From the NCBI GenBank assembly GCA_963693095.2, contig OY843768.1:224001-288000 (forward strand): a DNA stretch of 64,000 nt. Direction: 5' to 3'. The notes under the pieces were generated by a model. That model did not search any database. It was not told the origin of the DNA and was given only the letters and a program-made list of their open reading frames with translations. Of this stretch, positions 48,786-59,563 are shown piece after piece (position 1 is the first letter of the stretch; every line of letters begins with the position of its first letter). The DNA is from Cenarchaeum sp. GTDB taxonomy: Archaea > Thermoproteota > Nitrososphaeria > Nitrososphaerales > Nitrosopumilaceae. The position numbers and the translations under genes are program-made.

Positions 48786-50539
48786 GAGCGCGACTCGTCG
48801 GTGCAAAAGACGACCTCTGATGAGGACGCCGCACCATCAGAGAGCGCATAGTCGAGCACGTCGGCGATCCTCTCGGTGCTCGCCTCGGCCCCGCCGGCCG
48901 AGCCCGGAAGGGCCACGAACGCCCTCATCCCTGCGCCTAGCACGTCGGCGAGCTCTTGGTTTACCGTGGCCGCAAACGGCCTCAGCGCGCCGCGAAAGAC
49001 CTCGGCGCGCGCAGACTCTGCCCTCGGCGCCCTCTTGCCAGACGGCAGTGAGGGCCCTACTAGCAAGAGCGCGCCGCCGGCCCCGCCGTAGAGGCGCGGA
49101 TCCTTGCCGCCGCCGGGAACCATGGCCTCCATGCCTGCGCGCATCGTGCGGGCCGGCCCGCAGAGAAACCTCTCGACTAGCGCGTCCCAGCCGGCCCTGT
49201 CAAGGGAGCAGAGGCGCGAGCCGGCCGGAACGTTGCCCGTGACGTGGACGACTCCGGCGATGCCGCCGGCCATCGACGATGCGGCCTGGAGCCATCGCGA
49301 GACCTCCTCGGCCCTTGTGATGTCAGCCGTATGCGAGTGGAACGCCTCGAGTCCTGCGCGCATGTCCGGCGGCACGCCGGCCCCAATCACAATGACTGCC
49401 TTGCCGCCGTGCGACTCTGCCCTCTTGGCGAGCTCGACTGCGGCATCGCAGCCTGCGGCGTCTGTTGCGCCGACCACGATAACGACTGCCCTGCCGCCAA
49501 GGTCGCCGGCCTCAACTCGCGGTGCCGGCCCGCCAATGTGCGGCCTCACCGGATAGAATACCCTGTCGCCGGGGATCACCTTTCCGTTGATCGTTGCAGC
49601 AAGTCGCGGCTCGCATAGCGCAACAACGGTTAGGGCGACCTGGTCCTGTGAGAGGAACTGCCCGTCGGCTATCATGCCTGCCGTGTTCTTTTGTATCTTT
49701 TCGGCCACCTTTGAGACCTTTTCGAGCAGGGATGTCATGGTGCCGGCGTCACCTGATGGCACCTCGGATGCGGCCTGCTCGGATGCGGCCTTTACGGTCT
49801 TTTCATCCTCGCCTAGTGCTGGCAAGAGTATGGCGCACGCGCGCTCGACGTCTGCCGGCGGCATGTCGCCAAACCCGCCAACGCGCATAAACTCTGCGGC
49901 AGCCTTTGGGTACACTGTCTTGTATATGCGATCAGAGTGGACCGGTCCGGGGTTTGTCGCAATCGAGATGATGCCCTCTTCGACGAGCTCGACAGAGAGT
50001 GCCTCGGCCAGGCGGTTCTTTGCGCCCTGGGCCGCAGTGTATGGCGTCCTGAACCTGTATGGCCTCTGCTCTAGTGGGCGCTCTTCGGCAAAGAACGTCG
50101 TTATCGTCAGAATGATGCCGCCCTTGCCCATGACCCTCATGGCCTGCGCTGATGTCCAGAACGTGCCAGTCAGGTGTATGGCCACTGCGGACTCGAAATC
50201 CTCCTCGGACGCGTTGGCAAAGCATGTGACAGGTCCGGAGACACCGGCGTTGTTGACTAGAATGTCGACCCTTGCGCCGTCTCGCTCCAGCTCGTCGAAC
50301 ATCTTTGTGACTGCGCCCGCATCGGCCACGTCGACTCCGGGGAACATTTTGATCTTGCCGCCGCGCCCCGCCCTTGCCGCAATGGCCTCCAGCTCGCGCA
50401 TTGCGGCCTCGAGTGGCTCGCGGCGCCTGCCGAGTATGATTATGCTGGCCCCGCGCTCGGCCATGGCCTTTGATATGGCAAGGCCGATCCCGGTCCCGCT
50501 GCCGGTTATGAGCGCGGTTCGGCCCCCAAAGTCCTCCAT
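48782..50539 (-). CDS. Two-domain SDR oxidoreductase resembling the C-terminal half of malonyl-CoA reductase
   Basis: TGSGTGIG, NNAG, PYRFRTPY, PGPVHSDRI, a helical insertion, then a degenerate second SDR domain. Confidence 0.8.
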   Translation of the reverse strand: MEDFGGRTALITGSGTGIGLAISKAMAERGASIIILGRRREPLEAAMRELEAIAARAGRGGKIKMFPGVDVADAGAVTKMFDELERDGARVDILVNNAGVSGPVTCFANASEEDFESAVAIHLTGTFWTSAQAMRVMGKGGIILTITTFFAEERPLEQRPYRFRTPYTAAQGAKNRLAEALSVELVEEGIISIATNPGPVHSDRIYKTVYPKAAAEFMRVGGFGDMPPADVERACAILLPALGEDEKTVKAASEQAASEVPSGDAGTMTSLLEKVSKVAEKIQKNTAGMIADGQFLSQDQVALTVVALCEPRLAATINGKVIPGDRVFYPVRPHIGGPAPRVEAGDLGGRAVVIVVGATDAAGCDAAVELAKRAESHGGKAVIVIGAGVPPDMRAGLEAFHSHTADITRAEEVSRWLQAASSMAGGIAGVVHVTGNVPAGSRLCSLDRAGWDALVERFLCGPARTMRAGMEAMVPGGGKDPRLYGGAGGALLLVGPSLPSGKRAPRAESARAEVFRGALRPFAATVNQELADVLGAGMRAFVALPGSAGGAEASTERIADVLDYALSDGAASSSEVVFCTDESRS

Positions 50540-50590
50540 TATGGGGCGCGTGCCTGCCGCGCATTATTTAATTGGATTGTCGCACATGGG

Positions 50591-50650
50591 GTATGGTGCC
50601 CGCATCCCTGCCCGTTTGGTCAAATGGGCTCGATCCTGTCAGTCCATTTA
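50591..50650 (+). mobile_element. Left-end relic of the IS66-derived MITE
   Basis: GTATGG...CTGCCCGTTTGGTCAAATGGGCTCGATCCTGTCAGTCCATTT matches 13239-13300. Confidence 0.6.
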
Positions 50651-50818
50651 CCGTAGTGGCTCCCGCCGGGGCGTGCGGCGAACAGGGGATGGTGTGCGGC
50701 GCCTGGCCATAATTGCCATGGTGCGCAGGCAAATGACTTGCCGTCGCGTGCCCGCAGGCGCACCTGCAATGGCCAAGATCAGAAACCATTTTATCACAAG
50801 CGGGGCAATCTCTGCACC

Positions 50819-52108
50819 ATGAACGCGACGGAGAGAATACTTGCGCGCGCCTCGGGGAGGGACTCGGTCTCGCCCGGCGATGTCGTGTTTGCCAACGTTG
50901 ATAGCGCAATGCTCCATGATGTGTCTGGCCCCGGCGTCATCAAGGTCCTCGAGCGCCTCAAAGGCGAGGGAATAGAGACGGGCAAGGTGTGGGATGCCGA
51001 GCGCATATGGGTCGCCGAGGACCACTTTGTGCCGTCAGCCGAAAAGGCGTCCGCCGAGAACACCGCAAAGCTCTCGGCGTTCACCAAAAAGCACGGCATA
51101 CGGCGCCACTTCAAGTATGGCCTCGGCCAGCACGGCATCTGCCACACAATATCGCACGAGGAGGCCATGGTGATGCCAGGTGACGTCTATGTCGGCGGTG
51201 ACTCGCACACAAACACGACAGGCGCACTCGGCGCGTTTGCGTGCGGCCTGGGACACACGGACATGGCATATGTAATACTCAACGGCCGGATATGGTTTCG
51301 CGTTCCCGAGACGATATACCTAAAGATCAACGGGACACTGCCTGCCCACACCATGGCAAAGGACGTCATACTGCGAATAATCGGCGACATTGGGACAGAC
51401 GGGGCGACATACCGCACGATGCAGTTTGGCGGCACGGCAGTCGCCGCAATGTCCGTCGAGGACCGCCTCACGCTCACAAACATGACGACAGAGGCCGGCG
51501 CCAAGAACGGCATAGTCGAGGCAGACTCCAAGGTCGGCGAGTACCTCACGGCCCACGGCGCGCCGCAGGCGGCTGCTCGCTGCGGCGGCGCGGAGGCGAT
51601 CGAGAGGGCTGATGAGTCATCATTTGCCGAGGTTCGCGAGTATGACGCCTCAGAGATCGAGCCGCTAGTGGCAAGGCCGTTCTCGCCGCAGAACGTCTCG
51701 ACTGTGCGCGAGGCGCCCTCTGTCGAGCTTGACAAGGCGTATCTCGGGTCATGCACGGGCGCAAAGATGGAGGATCTAGAGTCAGCAGCCCGCGTGATCA
51801 AGGGCCACACCGTGCGCATACGAACCGAGGTCGTTCCTGCTGCGATCTCGATATACAAGAGGGCACTCGAGCGCGGGCTCATAAAGATATTCCTTGACGC
51901 CGGTGCTGTCATCGGCCCGCCGACGTGCGGCGCGTGCTGCGGCGCGCACATGGGCGTCCTGGGCAAGGGCGAGGTCTGCGTTAGCGCGACTAACAGGAAC
52001 TTTCCCGGCCGCATGGGCCACGTAGAGTCGCAGACGTACCTGGCCTCCCCGATGGTAGTCGCCGCGTCTGCCGTCACGGGCCGCCTGACTGACCCGAGGG
52101 ACCTATGA
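50819..52108 (+). CDS. Archaeal-type isopropylmalate dehydratase/homoaconitase large subunit
   Basis: HD, DH, GICH, DSHT, GSCT, CGAC and NRNFPGRMG motifs. Confidence 0.92.
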   Translation: MNATERILARASGRDSVSPGDVVFANVDSAMLHDVSGPGVIKVLERLKGEGIETGKVWDAERIWVAEDHFVPSAEKASAENTAKLSAFTKKHGIRRHFKYGLGQHGICHTISHEEAMVMPGDVYVGGDSHTNTTGALGAFACGLGHTDMAYVILNGRIWFRVPETIYLKINGTLPAHTMAKDVILRIIGDIGTDGATYRTMQFGGTAVAAMSVEDRLTLTNMTTEAGAKNGIVEADSKVGEYLTAHGAPQAAARCGGAEAIERADESSFAEVREYDASEIEPLVARPFSPQNVSTVREAPSVELDKAYLGSCTGAKMEDLESAARVIKGHTVRIRTEVVPAAISIYKRALERGLIKIFLDAGAVIGPPTCGACCGAHMGVLGKGEVCVSATNRNFPGRMGHVESQTYLASPMVVAASAVTGRLTDPRDL

Positions 52109-52590
52109 TGCGGGGAATCACGACAAAGTACGAGCGCGACAATATCGACACTGATGTCATAATACCGGGAACGTACCTAAAGGTCCACGACCACGCCGAG
52201 CTTGCCAAGCATGCCATGGAGGGGCTCGATCCCGGCTTTCATGCGCGCATGGAGGGCCGCAGCCTCCTAGTTGCGGGACGCAACTTTGGGTGCGGCTCGA
52301 GCCGTGAGCACGCGCCCATTGCGCTTGCCGGATGCGGGGTAAAGGCGATCCTCGCGCCGTCGTTTGCGAGGATATTCTACCGCAACTGCGTTGACGGCGC
52401 GTACCTCCTGCCCGTCGAGATCGGCCAGGACGCATACGAGTCGATCCTTGATGGCGACGAGCTTGACATTGACATGAAGGCGCGCCGCGTGACCAACGTG
52501 ACGCGCAAGGCAGACTATGAGATGGCGCCAATCCCCGAGATCATATCCGGAATAATCGAGGCCGGTGGCCTCTTTAGGTACAGGGTGTAG
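52105..52590 (+). CDS. Archaeal-type isopropylmalate dehydratase/homoaconitase small subunit
   Basis: [27 protein letters not shown]. Confidence 0.92.
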   Translation: MMRGITTKYERDNIDTDVIIPGTYLKVHDHAELAKHAMEGLDPGFHARMEGRSLLVAGRNFGCGSSREHAPIALAGCGVKAILAPSFARIFYRNCVDGAYLLPVEIGQDAYESILDGDELDIDMKARRVTNVTRKADYEMAPIPEIISGIIEAGGLFRYRV

Positions 52591-52596
52591 CGGCGC

Positions 52597-54036
52597 ATGG
52601 CAGGCACCGGCGCGCCGAGGACGCTCTTTGGCAAGATATGGGACGCGCACACCGTGGCGCGCCGCGATGATGGGGCAGCACTCATCTACATTGACCGGCA
52701 CCTGGTCCACGAGGTGACCTCGCCGCAGGCCTTTGAGGGACTTCGCGAGTCCTCAAGGCGCGTGCGCCGGCCAGACCTGACGACTGCGACGATGGACCAT
52801 ATAGTCCCCACCGGCGACAGGTCGCTCCCGATGGTAGATGACACGGCAGTCGTGCAGATGCGCGCACTAGAGCGCAACTGCTCCGAGTTTGGCATCGAGC
52901 TCCATGGCATGGGCAGCGCAAGCCAGGGCATCGTCCATGTTATCGGTCCGGAGCTTGGCCTCACGCTGCCCGGCTCTACCATTGTGTGCGGCGACAGCCA
53001 CACTGCCACGCACGGCGCATTTGGCGCACTCGCCATGGGAATCGGAACCAGCGAGGTCGAGCACGTCCTGGCCACGCAGACGCTCTGGCTTGAGCGCCCG
53101 CGCGAGATGCTCATCGGCATGGACGGCTCGTTTGGAGACTCGCGCGCGATCACGCCAAAGGACGCTATACTCTCGGTCATACGCGAGATAGGGCCGGCCG
53201 GCGCGCGCCAGACTGCCATCGAGTACGCCGGCGCCGCGATATCCGAGATGTCAATGGAGGGACGCATGACTGTCTGCAACATGTCAATAGAGGCCGGCGC
53301 GCGGGCCGGCATGATAGCTCCGGACGAAAAGACATTTGAGCACGTGCGCGGCAGGCCGCACACTCCGGCGGCGATCGAGTCGCTCATAGAATCATGGCGC
53401 GCAGAGCTGCACACGGACACCGGCGCCGAGTACGCCAGGACCCACTCGATCGACGTGTCGCGAATCGCCCCGCAGGTCAGCTGGGGGACAGACCCCGGCA
53501 TGACGTGCGACATCACCGAGCCGATCCCGACTCCTGCAGAGTTTTCGCGCGGGGATGACTCGCGTCGCGCTGCCGCCGAGCGCGCACTGGAGTATATCGG
53601 CCTGGACGCCGGCACGCCGCTTGAGGACGTGAAACCTGACAGGGTCTTTGTCGGTTCTTGCACCAATGCGCGACTCGGCGACCTGCGAGAGGCTGCTGCC
53701 GCCGTGCGCGGCCGGCGAGTTGCTGACGGCGTTCGCGCCATGGTCGTGCCCGGCTCCCAGGAGGTAAAGAGGCGTGCGGAGGCAGAGGGCCTTGATGCGG
53801 ACTTTGTGCGGGCCGGCTTTGAGTGGCGCGAGTCCGGATGCAGCATGTGCCTTGGCATGAACGATGACATACTCGGGCCCGGCGAGCGCTGCGCGAGCAC
53901 GTCAAACCGCAACTTTGAGGGCCGGCAGGGCGCGCGCGGGCGCACGCACCTGATGAGCCCCGTAATGGCCGCCGCATCGGCAATCGCGGGGCACTTTGTC
54001 GACGTGAGGAAGTGGGAGCTCGTTGAGGCCGTTTGA
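52597..54036 (+). CDS. leuC: 3-isopropylmalate dehydratase large subunit, bacterial type
   Basis: [50 protein letters not shown]. Confidence 0.95.
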   Translation: MAGTGAPRTLFGKIWDAHTVARRDDGAALIYIDRHLVHEVTSPQAFEGLRESSRRVRRPDLTTATMDHIVPTGDRSLPMVDDTAVVQMRALERNCSEFGIELHGMGSASQGIVHVIGPELGLTLPGSTIVCGDSHTATHGAFGALAMGIGTSEVEHVLATQTLWLERPREMLIGMDGSFGDSRAITPKDAILSVIREIGPAGARQTAIEYAGAAISEMSMEGRMTVCNMSIEAGARAGMIAPDEKTFEHVRGRPHTPAAIESLIESWRAELHTDTGAEYARTHSIDVSRIAPQVSWGTDPGMTCDITEPIPTPAEFSRGDDSRRAAAERALEYIGLDAGTPLEDVKPDRVFVGSCTNARLGDLREAAAAVRGRRVADGVRAMVVPGSQEVKRRAEAEGLDADFVRAGFEWRESGCSMCLGMNDDILGPGERCASTSNRNFEGRQGARGRTHLMSPVMAAASAIAGHFVDVRKWELVEAV

Positions 54037-54613
54037 GCGCCTAGAGAGCGTCATCACGCCGCTCCCGAGAATCAACGTCGACACCGACCAGATAGTCCCA
54101 AAGCAGTTCCTGCGCCTCGTGCAGCGCTCGGGCTTTGGGCAGTACCTGTTTCACGGGTGGCGCCACGAGGGTGACGGCACGACGCCAGACGCGTCGTTTC
54201 CGCTCAACGACCCGCGCTATGCGGGCTCGCGCATACTCGTGACGGGGGAGAACTTTGGGTGTGGCTCTAGCCGCGAGCATGCCGTCTGGGCGCTCCTGGA
54301 CCACGGGTTTGGCGCAGTTATAGCGCCGTCGTTTGCGGACATTTTTGCGAGCAACTGCATAAAGAGCGGCCTTCTGCCCGTCACGCTTGCGCGCGACGCA
54401 GTCGATTCGCTAATGTCAACGACGGGCAAGGTTGCAGTGGATCTCGAGTCGCGCCTCGTTTCGGTTCGCGAAACGGGCGAGTCGTGGACATTTGAGATCG
54501 GCGAGCACGCAAGGAGGATGCTCCTCGAGGGCCTCGACGAGATTGCAATGACGCTCATGCGCGGGGATGACATCACCGCCTATGAGCGCACACACGCCGT
54601 GCCGCCGACCTAG
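54023..54613 (+). CDS. leuD: 3-isopropylmalate dehydratase small subunit
   Basis: [33 protein letters not shown]. Confidence 0.95.
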   Translation: MRPFERLESVITPLPRINVDTDQIVPKQFLRLVQRSGFGQYLFHGWRHEGDGTTPDASFPLNDPRYAGSRILVTGENFGCGSSREHAVWALLDHGFGAVIAPSFADIFASNCIKSGLLPVTLARDAVDSLMSTTGKVAVDLESRLVSVRETGESWTFEIGEHARRMLLEGLDEIAMTLMRGDDITAYERTHAVPPT

Positions 54614-55362
54614 CCGGCAGCGCGCCGTGCGGTGCGCCGGGACATTCGCGCCGCTATGCGTTTTGCTGCTGCGGCGTTGCGCTCTAGAATTACGGGTGAC
54701 TCTACGTCAAGCCACTCGGCCTTGCCAATGTCATATGCGCTAACGCCGCCAGAGGCGGCCATCGGCTGGAGTATGTCATACGAGAGATCAACGCGGGCCG
54801 CATCGCGCGACTTGCGGCGAACATTGCGCAGGACTGTGGCATCAAGGATGTACATGCCGAGGCACTCGGACATTGGCAGGCTGACAGTTGGCTTTTCCCT
54901 AAACTCCTCGACTAGGCCGTCACGAACGACGGCAAAGCCCGTCTCCTCCTTGCGCGTCGAGCGCACGGCAACACACGCGTCGCGTGCGCTGGACTCGTGG
55001 TGGCGAACCATTGCCCGTATGTCAAGGGCGCACAGGTTATCCGAGAACCACAGCAGAAACGCCCCGTCGCCAAGCTCAGGGGCCGCGTGGAGGAGGTCAC
55101 CGGCAGTGCCGGCTGACGTTCCCTGCACGAACGAGACGGGGCATCCGAGCCTGGCGCGCTCTAGGTGGTTTCTGACCTGCGAGCCCTGCGCCTGCAGGTC
55201 GGCAATGACTACGATGCCGTCGACTGCGCGCGAGGAGCCTATATGGCGCGCGATGAGCTCGACTATGGGCCGCCCGCCAAGCGGCGTCATCGCCTTTGGA
55301 AAATAGTCAGTGTATGGCCTCCCGCGCGTCCCTGACCCACCGGCCATTATGACGGCCTTCAT
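54610..55362 (-). CDS. Sugar-phosphate nucleotidyltransferase
   Basis: MKAVIMAGGSGTR...PKAM, GTAG, FREKP. Confidence 0.9.
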   Translation of the reverse strand: MKAVIMAGGSGTRGRPYTDYFPKAMTPLGGRPIVELIARHIGSSRAVDGIVVIADLQAQGSQVRNHLERARLGCPVSFVQGTSAGTAGDLLHAAPELGDGAFLLWFSDNLCALDIRAMVRHHESSARDACVAVRSTRKEETGFAVVRDGLVEEFREKPTVSLPMSECLGMYILDATVLRNVRRKSRDAARVDLSYDILQPMAASGGVSAYDIGKAEWLDVESPVILERNAAAAKRIAARMSRRTARRAAG

Positions 55363-55367
55363 GGCGG

Positions 55368-55817
55368 CTATCGGTAGGACTTTTGCTTGCGGCGCCTGGC
55401 GCCCTTGCCGCCGAACTTTTTGGGCTCCTTGCGCCTGGCGTCGCCGCTTATGAGGTACTTGTCGTGCTCGAGGATGCTCTTGCGCAGCTCTGCCCTCTCG
55501 GTCTTTGTGAGCGGGTGGTCCTTTGGCTCGTTCTTTGACTTTGTCCAGCCAACTAGCGCGCGCGATATCGCCGTCGCCGCAGCGCCGGCCTGGCCCATAA
55601 ACCCGCCGCCGTTGACGCGCACCGAGACGTCGATCTTGTCGCGCTTTTTTCCCGCTAGCCTGAGTGGCAGGAGGATCGTCTCGCGGGCCATCTCGTGTCC
55701 CATGAGCTCCACTGGAACGTTGTTGATTCGCACGCGCCCCTTGCCGCCTATGATGTGGACGTGTGCGCTAGCGGCCTTGCGCGTCGCAAAGTAAATCTCG
55801 GCCTTTGGCGTCGTCAT
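55368..55817 (-). CDS. rps9: Ribosomal protein S9
   Basis: GGGFMGQA...DARRKEPKKFGG..ARRRKQKSYR. Confidence 0.97.
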   Translation of the reverse strand: MTTPKAEIYFATRKAASAHVHIIGGKGRVRINNVPVELMGHEMARETILLPLRLAGKKRDKIDVSVRVNGGGFMGQAGAAATAISRALVGWTKSKNEPKDHPLTKTERAELRKSILEHDKYLISGDARRKEPKKFGGKGARRRKQKSYR

Positions 55818-56314
55818 TTCGTCCAGCCCACCGTAGTGCCGAGGTCTGCCATGCTCGTGTACCTCGAGTGCGCGCCGCGCACCTTTGCCTTTTCAAACTG
55901 TATCTTTTTGTGCGACTTTAGGGGACTCGGAGTCCCAATGTATGCGCGAAGCCTCTTGTGTGCCGTTATTCCCGAGGGCTTTTTCCTCGGGAGCATGCCG
56001 CGAACCATGCGCGTCATTATCGTGTCGGGCCGGCGCGGGTGGAACGGGCCGTGCTTTGGGTGGAGTATGCTGGCAATCTCGAGGAACTTGCGATACTCGC
56101 CGACAATGCTGGCCCTGCTGCCGCTTATCATTATGCGCTCACAGTTTACCATCGAGACCCTGTTGCCCTGGAGGAGGAGCTTTGCGACGTTTGATGCGAG
56201 GCGGCCGGCAATGTGGTCAGTCGCGTCAACGACTATCATGCTGCCGGGATTTGGTGCGCTCACAGTCTCCTGCTTTGCTGCAGCGCCGTCTGCTGCGCCT
56301 GCGGGACTATCCAA
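55814..56314 (-). CDS. rpl13: Ribosomal protein L13
   Basis: VVDAT..IAGRLAS.VAK...GPFHPRRPD...VRGMLP. Confidence 0.97.
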   Translation of the reverse strand: MDSPAGAADGAAAKQETVSAPNPGSMIVVDATDHIAGRLASNVAKLLLQGNRVSMVNCERIMISGSRASIVGEYRKFLEIASILHPKHGPFHPRRPDTIMTRMVRGMLPRKKPSGITAHKRLRAYIGTPSPLKSHKKIQFEKAKVRGAHSRYTSMADLGTTVGWTK

Positions 56315-56654
56315 GGAGCTTCACCCCAGTGCCTGCCGGATGCATCTCGGCGAGGCGCTCGATCGTGACGACGTCCCCGCCGGCTTCTCTGACCTTTGCG
56401 GCCGCCGCGCGCGAGACTGCAAATGCGCCAAGCGTCACGGCATGATCAATCCCGCCGGTCCCGAGAACCTTTCCGGGAACTGCGACGACATCGCTGGCCT
56501 TTGTGAGGCTTGCGATCTTGTTGACGTTCACGGTTCGGCGCGCGACTGTCGGCTTTAGGGCCTGCTCGGCCATGCGGGCCCATATGGGCGCGTCATTGCC
56601 GGCTGCTGCCTTTTTGAGGCGGCGGGCCATGTCGACGGTGTGCTGTGCTGCCAT
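56307..56654 (-). CDS. rpl18e: Ribosomal protein L18e
   Basis: APIW...RRTVNVNKI...VPGKVLGTG. Confidence 0.96.
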   Translation of the reverse strand: MAAQHTVDMARRLKKAAAGNDAPIWARMAEQALKPTVARRTVNVNKIASLTKASDVVAVPGKVLGTGGIDHAVTLGAFAVSRAAAAKVREAGGDVVTIERLAEMHPAGTGVKLLG

Positions 56655-56706
56655 CTGCGAGACCCCTCTCTGGCCCAAATGTAATATACCTTGCTAGGCG
56701 TTGGGC

Positions 56707-56821
56707 ATATGCGGTCCACGCCTATCTGCCCATTTGGTCATATGGGAGCGATCCTGTCGATCTACTTGGCCACTGCGGCGCCTGCCTGGGCATGAACTGG
56801 CATGGGGTGCTGACTCCACAC
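56707..56821 (+). mobile_element. IS66-derived MITE with near-perfect 8-bp TSD
   Basis: ...CTGCCCATTTGGTCATATGGGAGCGATCCTGTCGATCTAC...GGTGCTGACTCCACAC; flanks CGTTGGGC / CGTTGGTC. Confidence 0.8.
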
Positions 56822-57037
56822 CGTTGGTCTTACGCGTGCTCTGGGTGGGGGCCCAGGATGGTCTTTTGCGGCATAATTGCCCAAAACGCTCTTTTTCAGT
56901 TTTTGAAAGGGGTCGTCTGGACGTGTGTGGGGCCGTTTGCCGTCAGTCATCCGTGTCAAGCCTGTGGGGGACTAGTCTCTGCCCATGTGTCATCGTGAGT
57001 CTTGATGGTAACTTCACCAATGTTAGCGTGTGGCACG

Positions 57038-59563
57038 TCATGATTTCCTGACTTGGTCGGTTATTGAAGATTTTGTTCGTAATCTATCGCGTTCTTCCTC
57101 TATCTGATTATCAAACAACATCTTAAATGTGCCTTTTATTAGGCCATCTCTGATTGTTACGTGACCCCAATGATTGAATGCCCCTTCTAAAGCTTCTAGA
57201 ACATTCTTCTTGTATTCTGTATCGGGATTGTCTAAATGCTTGCCTTTGATCTCATATATGTGCAATTCTCTCTTTTTCATGTTTTTTCCAAATACTGCTA
57301 CGAAGTCGGGCCATATACGATCTTTTTTCCATCCGCGCAAATAATACTCTCCTTGCTCTTTGGCGGCGATCCTGTGCCACCATTCTATTGCGTCAGCTTC
57401 TTCTAAATATATCGCAAAGCTTTTTTCAGGTTCGGTATCAAAATGTTCTTTGTATACGGGATCAAACAAACTACGTTGAACCGATTGTGTGTTTACCGCC
57501 AATAGATTGTCTCCGCTACTAGAAACTGAATATTTTTTTTTCATTGTAAAATTATCACTTTCAATTTCTAAGTCAAATCTAATTTCTTTGTTTTTGATTT
57601 TATTTTTAAATATAGATTCAGCTTGCTTGATCACTTCATTAGATACATGTTCGTTGATTCTATTTGTAAATGTGTGGCGCATATTATATATGTCGTCATC
57701 ACTTTTTTTCGATTCACGAGCTTGGCGGATTGCATCTTGCACTATTCTAGAACCATGCCATTTGTTGGGAACAGTTTCTGAGATTATATTTACAATATCG
57801 TACATTCTAAGTGTTTTATCAACATGCACATCTTCTTTAATTCGCTTTTTGCTTAATTCATCATCGTTAATTTTTCCTTTTGTGGTCAAATTTGTAACAT
57901 CTATCCTGTGAGTCCATATAAAATCATCATAGGCTTCGATATCTGAGATATCGGGAGCTTTTATGGCATCCCATTTTATCTCGGATAGTATGTGCCTTTC
58001 ATAGTCAAGCTCGATCCACTGTTTTCCATATTTGTGCAATACTTTTGGCAAATATATTTTTGCTCGTGTGTGATTAGAACGCATATGTAATTCTTCTCGA
58101 CTGTGCCGTACATCATCTTCCAATGTTAGGCTGTTTGTGAGATCCCCTAGCCCTTCATTTTCGAGACCTTCCTTTATGTATTGGACGGATCTTTGCGTGG
58201 TGTCTGTTCTACAATACACATAGCATTGATTAAGATGTTTGTTATTTCGATATTTTTGATAAGGCTGTCGTAAAATTCTGCCTAGCATTTGAGTTATTGC
58301 AGTTTTGCTTTTTAGCTTATCGAGTATCACCAGTATGTACGCAAATGGGCAATCCCATCCTTCTTGTAATGCATTCTTTGTGATTACATATCTTATTGAT
58401 GATGTTTTTTCCATGAGTTCTATATCGCCTATTTCGTCCACTTCACTAGTTTTGACTGCGATGGAAGAGCTAGTTATGCTCATATTTTGTAAAAATTCTC
58501 GAACGTCTTCTGCATGTATGTGCTTTCCATCACGGTGCTCTGATCCTGTCCGTTCTACACGTATGAGCATTATGGGCCGTATGTATTCATCTTGCTCTTC
58601 TGCATTTTTGTCTAACCTGACCAGCTTATCATGCGCCATGACTAACACTTCTTCCCAACTTACACTTTCATCCACTGGCTTTACATTAATGGGCATCTTG
58701 ATCATCTCTTCTTTTTTTAATGCAACTCCACTTATATTTACAAGTATATTGCTTAATTTTGGGAACGGTGTTGCTGTGAGTTCAATAATCAAACTCGGTG
58801 ACATGTTATTGACATATGATATTATGTCATCTAATCTTCTACCATGTGTCTTGTGAGCTTCATCAAGTATTATCGTTGGATGTTGCATTTTAAATATGTT
58901 CATGAGGCTGTGTTTTATGTGCTGCCCATTGTTTTTATCAAGGTGTGGGGAGTGTTCTAAAATTTTGTTATTGGAGGCATCATCATCAATATCTGGGAAA
59001 AAACTTTGATATTGTCCAGAATCCCTATGAATTATCAAAAAATCTTTGCTTCGATTATCTGCACTTTGTTTCATAAGTACCATTATACATAAATATTGTT
59101 TTATATCTAATGGCGTTAAGGAATCATCCTTTTTCAACACTTTTACTCGGTTACCGCTCACTCTATCGAGACATTCTCGGATCATCCCATCTTTGTCATG
59201 CAAACTTTTTAAAGTTTGATGATATATTGACTTGGTAGGAACTATCCATATTATCAAACCTGTCGATCGTCTCACTCTTTCTAACATTGCGGCAGCCATT
59301 AGAGTCTTGCCTCCTCCAGTAGGAACTTTTAAACATATATGCGGTATGTGTTCTTTATCGCTACCGATTCGATCTCTGTACTGCCCTCTACCGATTGTTT
59401 CCCACACAGCCTTGGGATAATTTACAATAAATGAACCTCCGTCTCTGCCCAACTGTATCCGATTCTTGACATATTTGGTTTTTGCTATCATCAGGACATC
59501 ATGCCATTTTTGAAATTCGTCAAGTGCCTCGCTTTGATATTCTTTTAGCGCCAATCTCATCAC
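57038..59563 (-). CDS. res: Type III restriction enzyme Res subunit
   Basis: VPTGGGKT, ILDEAH, LQEGWDCP, QMLGRILR and a C-terminal WPDF...EIKG nuclease motif; AT-rich. Confidence 0.92.
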   Translation of the reverse strand: MMRLALKEYQSEALDEFQKWHDVLMIAKTKYVKNRIQLGRDGGSFIVNYPKAVWETIGRGQYRDRIGSDKEHIPHICLKVPTGGGKTLMAAAMLERVRRSTGLIIWIVPTKSIYHQTLKSLHDKDGMIRECLDRVSGNRVKVLKKDDSLTPLDIKQYLCIMVLMKQSADNRSKDFLIIHRDSGQYQSFFPDIDDDASNNKILEHSPHLDKNNGQHIKHSLMNIFKMQHPTIILDEAHKTHGRRLDDIISYVNNMSPSLIIELTATPFPKLSNILVNISGVALKKEEMIKMPINVKPVDESVSWEEVLVMAHDKLVRLDKNAEEQDEYIRPIMLIRVERTGSEHRDGKHIHAEDVREFLQNMSITSSSIAVKTSEVDEIGDIELMEKTSSIRYVITKNALQEGWDCPFAYILVILDKLKSKTAITQMLGRILRQPYQKYRNNKHLNQCYVYCRTDTTQRSVQYIKEGLENEGLGDLTNSLTLEDDVRHSREELHMRSNHTRAKIYLPKVLHKYGKQWIELDYERHILSEIKWDAIKAPDISDIEAYDDFIWTHRIDVTNLTTKGKINDDELSKKRIKEDVHVDKTLRMYDIVNIISETVPNKWHGSRIVQDAIRQARESKKSDDDIYNMRHTFTNRINEHVSNEVIKQAESIFKNKIKNKEIRFDLEIESDNFTMKKKYSVSSSGDNLLAVNTQSVQRSLFDPVYKEHFDTEPEKSFAIYLEEADAIEWWHRIAAKEQGEYYLRGWKKDRIWPDFVAVFGKNMKKRELHIYEIKGKHLDNPDTEYKKNVLEALEGAFNHWGHVTIRDGLIKGTFKMLFDNQIEEERDRLRTKSSITDQVRKS

